A stretch of 64,000 bases of DNA from Phoronis australis (lineage: Eukaryota > Animalia > Phoronida): positions 241,863-305,862 of the forward strand of contig NMRA01000227.1 in the NCBI GenBank assembly GCA_002633005.1, given 5' to 3'. The position numbers and the translations under genes are program-made. The notes under the pieces are model-generated. The model was not told the origin of the DNA and ran no database searches. It saw only the letters and a list, made by a program, of their open reading frames with translations. Of this stretch, positions 43,101 to 52,820 are shown in pieces. Numbering within the stretch: position 1 is the stretch's first letter; each line of letters opens with the position of its first letter.

Positions 43101-46100
43101 GCAAGTAGACAATGGCAGTATATCAAAGTAGTTAAACATGCTAAGTGGATAACAAAGAAGCACCAATGATGTATCCAAAATATCTAACTGTAAAAATGAT
43201 TGCCAAGAACAAAAAAATAAGCAGGATTACATAAAATGATCAACAAATATGTAAGATGTTTCATATGAAGGATCCTACAGTATTTCTTTAAGTCATTTTA
43301 CAAACACATTATTGCTTAAATTATCATTCCCTATTTTGCACAGTTTGACTACCCTGCTACAACATGTTATCAAATCTGTACCAAGTGATGTTTTACGACA
43401 GCTCCACAGCACAAACCATGCCACTAACAAAGGCACAGTTTTTCCTTTTTTATTTAATACTGTTAGTTTTGTTTGGTTATTTAACCAAATGAAAAGTCAT
43501 AAATCTGCCATTTTATACGCTAAATAGGCAATTACAGTTTTGCCACTGCATCAGCAACAGAAGTGCTCACATCTCAGCCTGACACCCAGGCCTTTATCCA
43601 GGATTTTGAAAATAGGGTGTCCAAAATGGGATTCCCAATATTCCAAGGCGTCCATGATTCCAACGCGTAACCCCCCACCCCCAGCAATACCCCCAAACAC
43701 ACATATTTTTTTACAAAAAATGCATAGATCAAGATTTTTTACATCTAAGTTTATAAAACAGCCTTCTATGGTGAGCATTTTTACTAAAAAAACTGTGCAG
43801 ACCAAGACTTTAACAATGCTGTCAATCAAGTGTCAAAATAGCAACAATGCATATACTTTGTATATACATTTTATATTTCTTCCTGCTTTGAAAAAAGAGC
43901 CCCCACTGTGAGCCCCCACTGTGAGCCTTCAGAGGCTTCCTAATATTCATTACAATGTGTGAGTCCAAACTTGAAAGGTTTCTATTGACAGTGGGTGTCC
44001 AAATGATACATTGGGTGTCCTTGCCAGGGCGTCCAGATTAGTGCTAGGGCGTCCATTTGGACGCCCAGGACATACACTGCATAAAGGCCTGCTGACACCT
44101 ACAGCGAATAAGAAACACTAATTGTTTAATCTTCAGTCACATCATAACCTAACCTCACGATGTACTCACCTGCCAGTAGAGCTGTGTGCTCATCTCCACA
44201 ACCCACCTGCCTGACAGCATCATTACGGATCCAAAATTTGCCGGGAACATTGTCATTAAACTTGCTTTTACCATATGTGAAGACACCTCCAGTTACTGTA
44301 ACATTTAGGAATAAAAATTAATTATGAAAATGTACTACAGAATGTATTACAAAATGACATTTGCTGTTAGGATGGCACATAGCCACTTAGTAAAACTCAC
44401 AAACACAGAACATGACTAAGTCGGCTGTTTGCTTAACTCAAACAAATTTCTGCGGCAGGGTTTTCCTAGTTTGAGCACTACACAAAAGTAATGGCCATAA
44501 TTATGTTCGTTATCTTGTTTTCTAAAAAGCATTTCATGGAAATTACAATAATTTTCGTGTACATGATTTTTTGGCATGAAACTTACAAATTCTGTTTCTT
44601 TATCCTATTAGCTGCAAAATGGAGTCTGGGGTTTTCTTTTAACATATTTCAGACCAAGAAATGTGATGAGGGGAAGACGTGAATATTCCTTGAAAAAGAC
44701 AGAAAACTATTTTTGACAGCTTGGCTCTTGGGTTAATAGGCTTCATAAAAAATACCAGACAGTTTCACAGCTAATACAATAAAGAATCAGAACTTGCAAG
44801 TTTCATGCCAAAGAAATCATACTAGTGCAAAATACAGTGACCTCTGTGAAATATAATAAAATTTTCTGAAAAATTCGCACATGTGACTATGAATATACAG
44901 CACTTTCTTGCACATAATAATAACAATAATAATAGCAATAACAACATTCTGTGATCACCAAAAATTTTGAACAATACGGTTTCATAGATCCAGTGAGAAA
45001 TACTATTTTAAAAGTTTTACGCAACTGTGCATTAGCTGGAGAGAAAAATTAAGAGCAAGTGAATTACTCAATTAAAACTGGGCTCTTGCGACAAAAATAT
45101 ACTCAAATAAATATTAATTTGAACCCAGTTGGAGTGCATGCTCAATTTGGAAGGACTTAAAGACAGATCTTCAGCACCCAAAACCACTGTAGGAAAAGGT
45201 CAAAGTTATTTACCTGACAGGTTGGCAAAATAAACCGTTTTTCCAGTTTGACCGATAAGTAGGCCAAATAAACTGATAATAATTATATACTCAACAAGGT
45301 GGATATTTGTAATGTTGCAGCTTGACAGCCAAATAATGTGATATTTGGTCTTCACTGGAAAAACTTTCCTATGATCTCACTGGTTAACCTCACATCCTTG
45401 TTGGTAAAATGGTGAGACCCGACAAATTTTTCAGAGATCTCATTAGTCAATATAATGTCATATGTTTGTTGCAATTTACGCAACAAACATGGCGGCTCTC
45501 ATTAGTCACATCATCGCGAGGCTCACAATTGTCGAGTTGGCTAGGAGCAAGTAAAGTGGAGCGTTGATTTGGATAAGGAAACAAACAGTGGGATTGGCTT
45601 TGTATATTACCCAACAGAAGTCTTGATACCAAGCATTCACTTGTCTACAGAAGTGCAAGGTACCAAGCATCAATATGGCTACAGGAGGACAAGGTCTGCA
45701 CAAATTTCTGGTAGGATGTTGACCAGGGAACAGAGTCAAGAGTCCATATCGGCTAAAACATCTAACTCGCATTGTTATAAATACCTTATGCGCATAGAAG
45801 GACACCTTCAGAGGCCGTCGATGCCTTTAATTCCTTCCAACTCAAACAAATACTCCAGCTATCAAACTTTTTCTTTGAGCAGTCCCTCGTTCAGTTCCCA
45901 AAATTGGTAGAGACCACAAACCACTTGTCAAGGTCTTCTCCGACAGAGCTTTAGAGGATATCCCAAACACCCGCCTACGCAACCTCAAAGAGAAGACCTT
46001 ACGATACCGCTTCACCATCGTTCACATCCCCAACGTGCGTCACAAGGCGGCAGATGCTCTCTCCAGACACCCCACTGGCAGAACGGGGCAGCTTCCCCTC

Positions 46101-48992
46101 CCTGACGACGTCGCTTCCATCGATACTGATATTGGCCGCGGTGTCCACATTACAGCCACTTGCGCCCTTACCTCCCTTAAATGTGTAACATGGGACCGTG
46201 TCCGTGAGGCTACCAGCAGTGACGAGGGCCTACATACCCTCTTAGGCATCATCGAATCTGGCATGCCCGACCAACGAGAAGCCTTACCCGAGGCATTACA
46301 GCCTTACCACCAGTTTCGCGACTACCTGTCCACTATAGATGGTGTCATCACCTATAAAGATCGCGTCATCATTCCTCCTGCCTTACGGCCATCTATCATG
46401 GATTCGCTCCACTCTGCCCACCAAGGTACATCCTCTATGACCGCTCAGGCTGACGCTTCCGTCTTCTAGCCAAGGATAACTAACGACATTGCTGAGAGAC
46501 GTCGGGGTTGTCACCATTGCAATCGCATGTCACCATCCCAGCCACATGCCCCTCCCACACCACTTACTTTACCCGTCTACCCATTTCAGTGTGTGTGCCG
46601 ACTTCTTCACATATAAAGGTATCCATTACCTCGTTATCGTCGATCGTTACTCTAACTGGCCTATTGTTGAGCGCACTCACTCGGGGTCCAAAGGTTTCGT
46701 GGACAGTTTACGCCGTTGTTTCGTCACTTTCGGCATACCCGACGAGTTATCCAGTGATAGCGGCCCAGAATTCACGTCCTCTGCTACCACGAACCTACTC
46801 TTGTCATGGGGTGTCCACCATCGTGTTTCCTCCGTCGCTTTCCCCCACAGCAACTGTCGAGCCGAGATTGGCGTGAAAACAATCAAGCGGCTCATTACGG
46901 ACAGCAGTGGACCAAACGGCGAGCTCGACACAGATGCCTTTCAGCGGGCGATGTTACAGTACCGTAACACCCCAGATAAAGACACGAAATTGTCACCAGC
47001 TCTATGTGTCTTCGGTCGTCCTATAAAAGATTTTATCCCGATATTGCCCGGTCGCTACAAGCCCCACGACACCTGGACTGACACCCTGAATCTGCGCGAG
47101 GCCGCTTTGCGCCACCGACATATGAAGGTCTCGGAGAAGCTCTCTGAGCACGCCAAACGTCTTCATCCCCTCACTGTCGGTGATTTCGTCCGCATCCAAA
47201 ATCAAACCGGACCGGAGCCACTCCGCTGGGACAAGACGGGCCTGGTGATAGAGGTGAGACAGTTCGACCAATACGTCGTGCGAGTTCATGGCTCTGGACG
47301 TGTCACTCTCTGCAACAGACGGTTTCTGCGGAAGTACATTCCTGCCCGGCCACTCGTCCAAGCCAGGCCTGCACTCACTGACATGCTGGTCACTCGCAAC
47401 GCTAGTCCACCCCCCACACCTGATAACTCACTGTCGCGCGGGACCGTCGACGCACAGCTTCCGGACGGCCATTCACACGACCCAGAACCTAACGTGACCA
47501 CTACAGATCCTCCGCCTGTCCTGAGCTCTTCCGAGCCCTGCCCTGCTGCAGAACCCCCGGCCCCTCGACGGTCTACTCGGTAACGTCGCAAACCGGCCTG
47601 GCTGGACGATTTTGTTACTTCATAATACATTACTCTTAGTTATTGTGTCCCTCCATAACTTAGGGGGAGGTAGAGAATTATATAATAGTTCATACTATAA
47701 CCACTAGGTGTCTCTGTAGCTAGCTTCCCACCATTATCTTAGTGACTACACATTGATATTACATAGAGGTAGGGATTATCACCTTTTCCACTTGTATTCA
47801 CTTTATATCCCGTTTATAGTACATTGTCATTACCCTTGAGCTATACAGTAAGCATTCTCTTTACTTGTACTTCTAGGTCTCCATCATTCTTTCAATAAAG
47901 GTTGACAAGAAATGACGAATGTTTATCTAATTGGTAACTGACCATTTTTACACTGCATATGCCAGGGGATATGATGTCATACCACCTGCCACCCAGTGTT
48001 AAAAAAGCTTGATAACTTGGGTATTTGTAGGAGTTGGAAGGAATTAAAGACATTGACGACCTCCTAAGTGTCCACGTATGCATACAAGGTATACAACAAC
48101 GTGACTTTGATGTTTTGCCACGTATGAAGCACCTACAGGAGCTACACCTTCTCTACTGAGCCAGCTAGAGACCGTGGTCACTGTCTAAGGACACCTTAGA
48201 GAGTGACCACCATCTCTAGCTGACTAGAGATGGGGTAGCTCCTATAGGAACTTCAATAGGTAGCAAGCTTTTCAGCAAATTATGACTCACACTGACTAAA
48301 ACATCAAAGTCACGTTGTTATTAATACCATTCGCACACACAGGGACACCTTAAGAGGCTGTCGATGAATTTAATTCCTTCGAACTCGAAGAAGCACTCCC
48401 GTTATCAAACTTTTTCTTCGAGAAGTCATCGTTCAGTTTCCGGAAACACACCATTTTTTGCACTGCGCATGGCAGATAGGATGATGTCATAACCTCTGGC
48501 GTGCGCAGTGTAAAAATGGCCAGTTGCCGAATTTGGGAACTGAACGAGGGACTGCTTGAAGAAAAATTTAGATAACGGGAGTATTTCTTCGACTTGAAAC
48601 TAATTAAATACATCGACGGCCTCCTAAGGTGTCTCTCTATGAGCAAAAGGTATTCATAACTATGTGACTTTGATATTTTAGTCAGTGTGAGGCACAATTC
48701 GTCGAAAAGCTTTCGGTGTATGAAGCTCCTATAGGAGCTACATCGTCTCTAGTTGGCTAGACTGTGGTCAGTCTGAGTAAGGACGTCTGTGTTTTCAACG
48801 CCTTTTAAATTTTAGCGGGCACCTGATACATTTTATAAGATGCATTTAATAAAACACGCAACAATTATGCACAGGTAGTATTTTCGCTGAACTCACAAGC
48901 AAACCCTCAAAACAACCAGAAAATTACTGGGGAGTAACGTCATGCGAAATTTACGAACCTGGAATGTCAGAATCGTCTTGTTCTGTCGCCAT
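19101..48992 (-). CDS. RPGR: Retinitis pigmentosa GTPase regulator orthologue: RCC1-like repeats, acidic/basic low-complexity tail, C-terminal CaaX; about 781 aa
   Basis: Exons 48992-48959, 44295-44170 (GVFTYGKSKF..PGKFW..CGDEHTA), 41689-41597, 40929-40867, 40559-40404, 40136-39987, 39434-39282, 38361-38203, 37809-37685 (LYTFGDGRHGKLGLGEENF), 36476-36282 (VSCGGCHM), 35833-35692, 35441-35293, 33779-33681, 33274-33155 (duplicated at 32721-32602), 30746-30651, 28608-28530, 27717-27590, 24805-24727, 23502-23441, 22671-22558 and 19124-19101 (SRTCNIL*). Phases are consistent throughout (2346 nt). The N-terminal motifs and CaaX match RPGR as I recall it. Confidence 0.93.
19641..20026. repeat. 49-bp minisatellite, about 8 copies
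   Basis: Unit GAGATACATGCTTGTGAAAGCAGATCCTCCTAATGTGTGGCCACATCTT. Confidence 0.95.
21055..21352. repeat. 38-bp minisatellite, about 8 copies
   Basis: Unit TACAAGAAACAGTCACTTGTGTCTAGAAGTGTAACACA. Confidence 0.95.
22688..22851. repeat. 29-bp minisatellite next to an RPGR acceptor
   Basis: Unit ACATTACAGTTCACAGCACCTCCAACTTA, 5-6 copies. Confidence 0.9.
22999..23361. repeat. 40-bp minisatellite, about 9 copies
   Basis: Unit GAGTATGAACGTTTGACTGTATCTACTGCACATACTGACT. Confidence 0.95.
23740..24650. repeat. Dispersed repeat with internal subrepeats and a GGAC-rich end (possibly non-autonomous Helitron-like); related relic at about 29500-29960
   Basis: Internal duplication (ATAAATACACTTGCTAAATTTAG..AAAGATCCTGC), (GGAC)n near 24555-24600, and a terminal short hairpin ending GGGCGCATAAAAA. 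Confidence 0.4.
24983..25365. mobile_element. MITE with TIRs of about 42 bp
   Basis: TGCATGAAACAGTCACAAATAGGGACTCAACTAAG pairs with CTTAGTTGCGTCCCTATTTGGGACTGTTTCATGCA. Confidence 0.75.
26155..26575. repeat. 28-bp minisatellite, about 15 copies
   Basis: Unit TTGGTACTGCATGGTTATTGACTGACAT. Confidence 0.95.
27829..27969. repeat. 45-bp tandem repeat, 3 copies
   Basis: Unit AACAGAATAGACAACAAACACCACACTACTGACAACAATCAAATA. Confidence 0.9.
30813..31473. other. 330-bp near-identical duplication across an N (31143); probable assembly artefact
   Basis: 30813-31142 matches 31144-31473. Confidence 0.8.
30830..32260 (+). mobile_element. Decayed non-LTR retrotransposon RT, RLE type (HERO/NeSL/R2-like), in an RPGR intron
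   Basis: Fragments DFCPISLLDVEGKVFF, TSVQKGGIP..CLEH, VIWLDMANSYGSMPH, GCTISITLFVMAMN and RMAFKVPKSSSL, with many stops and frameshifts. Confidence 0.75.
32494..33598. other. 552-bp near-identical tandem duplication across an N (33046), containing one RPGR exon; probable haplotype-overlap artefact
   Basis: 32494-33045 matches 33047-33598 with only a few SNPs, and the junction is exactly at the N. Confidence 0.8.
34884..35295. repeat. 49-bp minisatellite anchored on an RPGR donor, about 8 copies
   Basis: Unit TATATCCACCAGTGACCTGAGAATCACATAATGCTTTCAGTGCAGTGGT. Confidence 0.95.
36590..36733. repeat. 35-bp tandem repeat, 4 copies
   Basis: Unit ACATGCGCGTACAGTGGCCAGCTGCCTGACAGACA. Confidence 0.9.
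37346..37671. repeat. 64-bp minisatellite, 5 copies, next to an RPGR donor
   Basis: Unit CATAACAATACACATCAAGTGTTTTGTTATGGACATACAAGTACTTGGTTCACATAAACTGGTC. Confidence 0.95.
41250..41562. mobile_element. Possible hAT-like MITE
   Basis: CAGGGCCCTCA...TGAGGGTCCCG termini; no clean TSD seen. Confidence 0.4.
41855..41930 (-). other. Degenerate tRNA-like sequence (tRNA-derived SINE head or tRNA pseudogene)
   Basis: The minus strand reads TGGCGCAGCAGTTAAG (A box)...CTTGAAA...GGTTCAAGTC (B box); the acceptor stem does not pair well. Confidence 0.45.
42723..42949. repeat. Near-perfect AT-rich inverted repeat (arms of about 105 bp, loop of about 17 nt)
   Basis: 42723-42830 is the reverse complement of 42848-42949. 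Confidence 0.85.
43587..44091. mobile_element. hAT-type MITE
   Basis: TIRs CAGGCCTTTAT...ATAAAGGCCTG with a perfect 8-bp TSD CTGACACC (43579-43586 and 44092-44099). Confidence 0.85.
45750..48195. mobile_element. Second copy of the same foldback element, split by the Gypsy insertion
   Basis: 45750-45907 matches the left arm of the 48200-48775 element, and 47930-48195 matches its spacer and right arm. Confidence 0.65.
45908..47929 (+). mobile_element. Decayed Ty3/Gypsy LTR retrotransposon (RNase H end, integrase, PPT, 3' LTR) in RPGR intron 1
   Basis: HKPL...HKAADALSR, integrase zinc finger (LHSAHQG...CHHC) and DDE core (ADFF..YLVIVDRYSNWP, SDSGPEF, SNCRAEIGVKTIK). Premature TAG at 46467-46469 and a frameshift near 46590. 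PPT AGGGGGAGG at 47662-47670, LTR 47671-47929, 5-bp TSD ATTGG at 45903-45907 and 47930-47934. Confidence 0.9.
48200..48775. mobile_element. Foldback/MITE-like element with inverted arms of about 240 bp
   Basis: About 48205-48445 is the imperfect reverse complement of about 48535-48770, with a spacer of about 90 bp. Confidence 0.7.
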
Positions 48993-49403
48993 GTTGCTAG
49001 AAAACAACAGAATCTCGTGAAATCTCGTGCCAGCATGTGCTTTTGTTTATAAACCGATATGAGGTCACCACATTGGTTAGGTTTTGCCTTGAGATGAAGG
49101 AGTTGTTAATTAACAAAAATAAGAGTGTCATTAAACATCAATGATGTATTTTGAGCTTGAGAGCTGAATGTTATATTGTCAGTTTTTCCGCGTGTAACGC
49201 TGCCCGTTTTCATTAGTTGCTATGGTAATTATTGATTTTCGACCAAGTTAATTCCACTCATATTTTGATCACGCCTGGAATTACAATTCCAGTTGTACAA
49301 ATATTTATAGTTCCATATAATCCGACGATACTTAAGGAATGAATCATCATAAACGAATTGTAATTAACTATATCGAGAGAGTGCCGCGGTTGCCAAGGGC
49401 GAC
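48993..49403 (-). promoter_or_regulatory. RPGR promoter with RFX X-box motifs
   Basis: GTTGCTATGGTAAT (49216-49229), GTTGCCAAGGGCGAC (49389-49403) and GTTGCTAGAAAAC (48993-49005) lie within about 410 bp of the ATG and resemble the X-box consensus of ciliary genes. Confidence 0.6.
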
Positions 49404-51193
49404 GGCTGGAGCAAGATGAGTTCATTTCCGGTGGATCACTCTGCCGGCGGAGGATCAGTTAAAAATTGATTACCAACTTCAAGTCGCTAGTTGCAAAGTG
49501 GGAAATGCATTCAGTAAACGGGTCTTAAAACTACTGATCAGCTGCACACAATTGTCCGGCGCGGCGGGCCGCGCGTGCGGCCCCCGCGGCACCGGGCGGG
49601 GGGCCCGGCCCCCCCCGGGCGGCGGATATCTTTCGGTGTCGCGCTTGATATTATTTGATAAAAAGTGACAGCCGGTACGGTCGTTTCTTGTTCGAAAAAA
49701 TACGAGAGGCTTAATTTGCTACACGAGCACTAAAACGCACTTAAGTCAAGTCTAATTATTCTTTGATGACCCAGCGGAGAGCCGCCGGCCGGGAGAGCGG
49801 GATGCCAGCGGGACTCGGCCATTTGCCGCCGATTAAGACTAGGCTCTGGCCGTTGCCAGCAAAGTAAACTAAACGTTAAACCGCCATTCCGCACGTAATT
49901 CGCACAACTAATACTTGCTAACTTCGTTTTGTAATTTTCAAATGCCGATTACCAATTCAGGAAATTCGGAAACTTTCAAGTTAACCAATCAAATGATGTT
50001 TCTGATAAATCTATACACTACGTACCACGCTGTCGCCGCTTAAAATGTTGATCTAAACTTTTGTTGAGAAGTTTGATAAAAAAGAATTTTACTTGTCGGC
50101 TATATTGTGGAAAATAAGACCTGTGTCGCTTTATTTCTGGTTAAAGGGGTCACCGGCCCACCAGTTTAATGAAAAAGATAATTTTCATATGCCGTCAATC
50201 GTTGGTGTGACCATGCCAATTTTAGGAGTAATGAGTCAAGTGTAGGCCGGGGAGAATGACCCCAGACTAAATCAGACTCTGAGATTTTGGCTGCTCTACT
50301 CCGGCCGACTGACTTTCTTTGATAAGCTGTTTCAAATTTCTTGAGACATTTTCCGGCGGTAGATAAGGAACTCAAGAAGTAAAGCTTAATAATTGGCAAA
50401 TGTATCAAGAAATGGTAGGATAATATTGTATTGAACAGTTACAGAACACTCAGCATTCCACGTTATACTGTAATTGTAGCGAGAGCTGACGATAATTGCC
50501 TACGTACCAGTACACTAGGTTTACAGTTTCATCTCGCTCCGTCTGCGGCAGACCGAGACCACATCTGCAAGTACCATGTAACCAGGCGTGCGTTAAGTAA
50601 ACACTAGGACCTACGCTAGAACCTAGCTAAAACCTAGTCGAAGTCACGTGTTCTCATTTAAAATACACGGAAATATCTCACGTAATCTCGCGAAGTCTTG
50701 CTTTTTAGCGAGGTCCTAGTGTTACTGAACGGGAGTCAGGTCCATTACCTGAAGCTGGTTTTGCAGATGAAAAGTCACTCCCGCCGATTCTCATAATTTA
50801 AGTCCGACACAATACCGTGCGTGTGCACAAACACACACACACACGCACACACACAAACGCCGTGCGCGCGTATGCTCATATGTCCATCCGAGACTAAGTG
50901 CGTTTTCCTACGGAAAAACAGTTGCTGCTCAAGTGTTTAGCACGTAAAGGCTCCCGGTAAAGTGGCATGCGCAAAAGGTTCATCTACAGGCGCAGTAAGC
51001 CTCAACTCATTGTGTGTCTCGAAACTGTACGCGTTGATGCTTCCCAAGGTTTGGTAACAGACAAATTAAAGCGGCTATAAAACCGCTCTTCTATCACTGA
51101 CAAAAACCGTGAACTTTTGATTTAGACAACCTACTGTTCTGAGTCAGTTGTTCCTTAGTCAAGATAGATATGTATATTACTCCCAGATATCAC

Positions 51194-51425
51194 TCAGAGG
51201 CGGATCTACGGGGGGGGGGGTTCAGTGGGTTCAACCCCCCTCGGCCGACAGGATCAAATAAAAATTGAAGAAAATTTCGCCGGAAAAACGAAATCACAGG
51301 TACTAAAAACCACAAAAAATCTTACACAGGGGGAATCCCTATCCCGACCTTCCTTTTGCTTGACGCGCCTCGGCTTCGTTCGAGGCACCCTCCCCCCCCT
51401 TACTGAAAACGTAGATCTGCCACTG
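51194..51425. mobile_element. MITE of the GGCGGATC/poly-G family; related copies at about 13853-14170 and 14470-14591
   Basis: TIRs CAGAGGCGGATCTACG...CGTAGATCTGCCACTG with internal G and C runs. Confidence 0.65.
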
Positions 51426-51574
51426 CATATGGCGTTTTTATTGCTCGAGACTTGGGAAGTATTTGTAACGCTAGGACTTACGCTAGAATTTAGCCAAAGT
51501 CACGTACTCTCATTTCATGGAAATATCTCACATAATCTCGAGAGGTCTTGCTTTTCAGCGAGGCCCTAGATTTA

Positions 51575-52105
51575 CTCGCTGGTTCCCTGCGTGCCGTTAG
51601 GTGGTCGGTAGCCAGCACGCAGGATCACTTATTTTCCTCCGAAAATTGTTTTACACCGGCGTTTCTGATTGGCTAGTCGAATTCTCAACAGACAGTACTT
51701 TAAGCAAACAAATTGGCATGACTGATGGATTGAAGTGTAAATGTGGTCTGTTGTACAGACAAATCGGTGCTTAAAATTTATGTTCAGGAAATAGGAAGCC
51801 TAGAAATTGTGGCTGTGCCTTTTCGGGGTGCATCTTTCTATTGTCGATGTCTTTTGTTTACGATACTGTCCTGTTTTCATACAATATGATTAGCATCCGC
51901 GGCCAGATATGTGTTTATTGCCGTAGGGCCTACAGTGTGCTTCAAGCACGAGGCTATAAAACATCATTGCAGATCACGAAATAGTTGCGTCTTTGCGGTG
52001 TTGTAACGCTAACCAATGACTGCTGAGGTTACATCAACCAATGCTAAAGCGCGTGACACTGCGTGATAAAGTGCGTGCTGGTCAGGCACGTAGGGAACCA
52101 GCGAG
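51575..52105. mobile_element. MITE with TIRs of about 21 bp
   Basis: CTCGCTGGTTCCCTGCGTGCC pairs with GGCACGTAGGGAACCAGCGAG. Confidence 0.75.
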
Positions 52106-52309
52106 ATAGAGTTAGGCCTACTTAACTTTACATAGTTTCTAAAAGTTGATTCGTTACGACGTTATTTTATTCGACGATTTCAACCAATAACTAATGCAAA
52201 GTGTCAGAAATCTGCAAGACTAAAATCATTTCTCGGCTGAGTAAGATCAAGAAGTCATTACCAATTTTATTGCGGGAAGCAGTCTAAATTAAAAGAAAAA
52301 TGCGGACTT

Positions 52310-52508
52310 ATTCACCTTGTTCACGCAGTCACCATTTTAAAAGTGAGCCTAGGCTTTTTTGGTTTTAAAAACAATGCAATTTGCGCTTAATAGTAGAGCA
52401 AAGCGAGATTTTTCGCGTGCCTCGTTATATTTATGACTCAAATGCATTGTTTCTAAAACCTAAAAAGAGGCTTACTGCTAAAATGGCGACTGCGTTAATA
52501 AGGTCTAC
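52310..52508. mobile_element. Short palindromic MITE
   Basis: About 52310-52378 is the imperfect reverse complement of about 52443-52508. Confidence 0.6.
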
Positions 52509-52689
52509 AATCGCTTTAGCTCTCACTCACGTTGTATTTTACACATGTGATGATGTAGTGGGGCATGATATGCCTAAACGGAAATAGGTGACTGTATAAT
52601 TGTCTTTTGAGAAGTGAAGTAAGATATCACTTTCGGATATGTTTCATTGTACATATCTCAGCTACTACATCTTTGTTTCACAGGCGCGA

Positions 52690-52820
52690 TTCCCGATGAC
52701 TCAAAACCATGCTTCAGGTTTCTAGAGAAGTCGAATCAAGTGGTGTTACCTTCATGCGCAATCAACAAGGTGAGAAGTAGATTTCTGAGTGGCAACTATC
52801 AAGGTTTCAAACTGTCAAAT
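52690..52820 (+). pseudogene. Relic resembling the P2X7 C-terminal ballast/nanor-like domain, probably transposon-borne
   Basis: The peptide FLEKSNQVVLPSCAINKVRSRFLSGNYQGFK resembles the LPSC-x3-IR-x2-F...Y-x-GF signature. No intact gene context. Confidence 0.45.

Noticed and set aside
46035-47583. Domesticated integrase gene
   Set aside because: It has a premature stop and a frameshift, and retains a PPT, LTR and TSD, so it is a decaying transposon.
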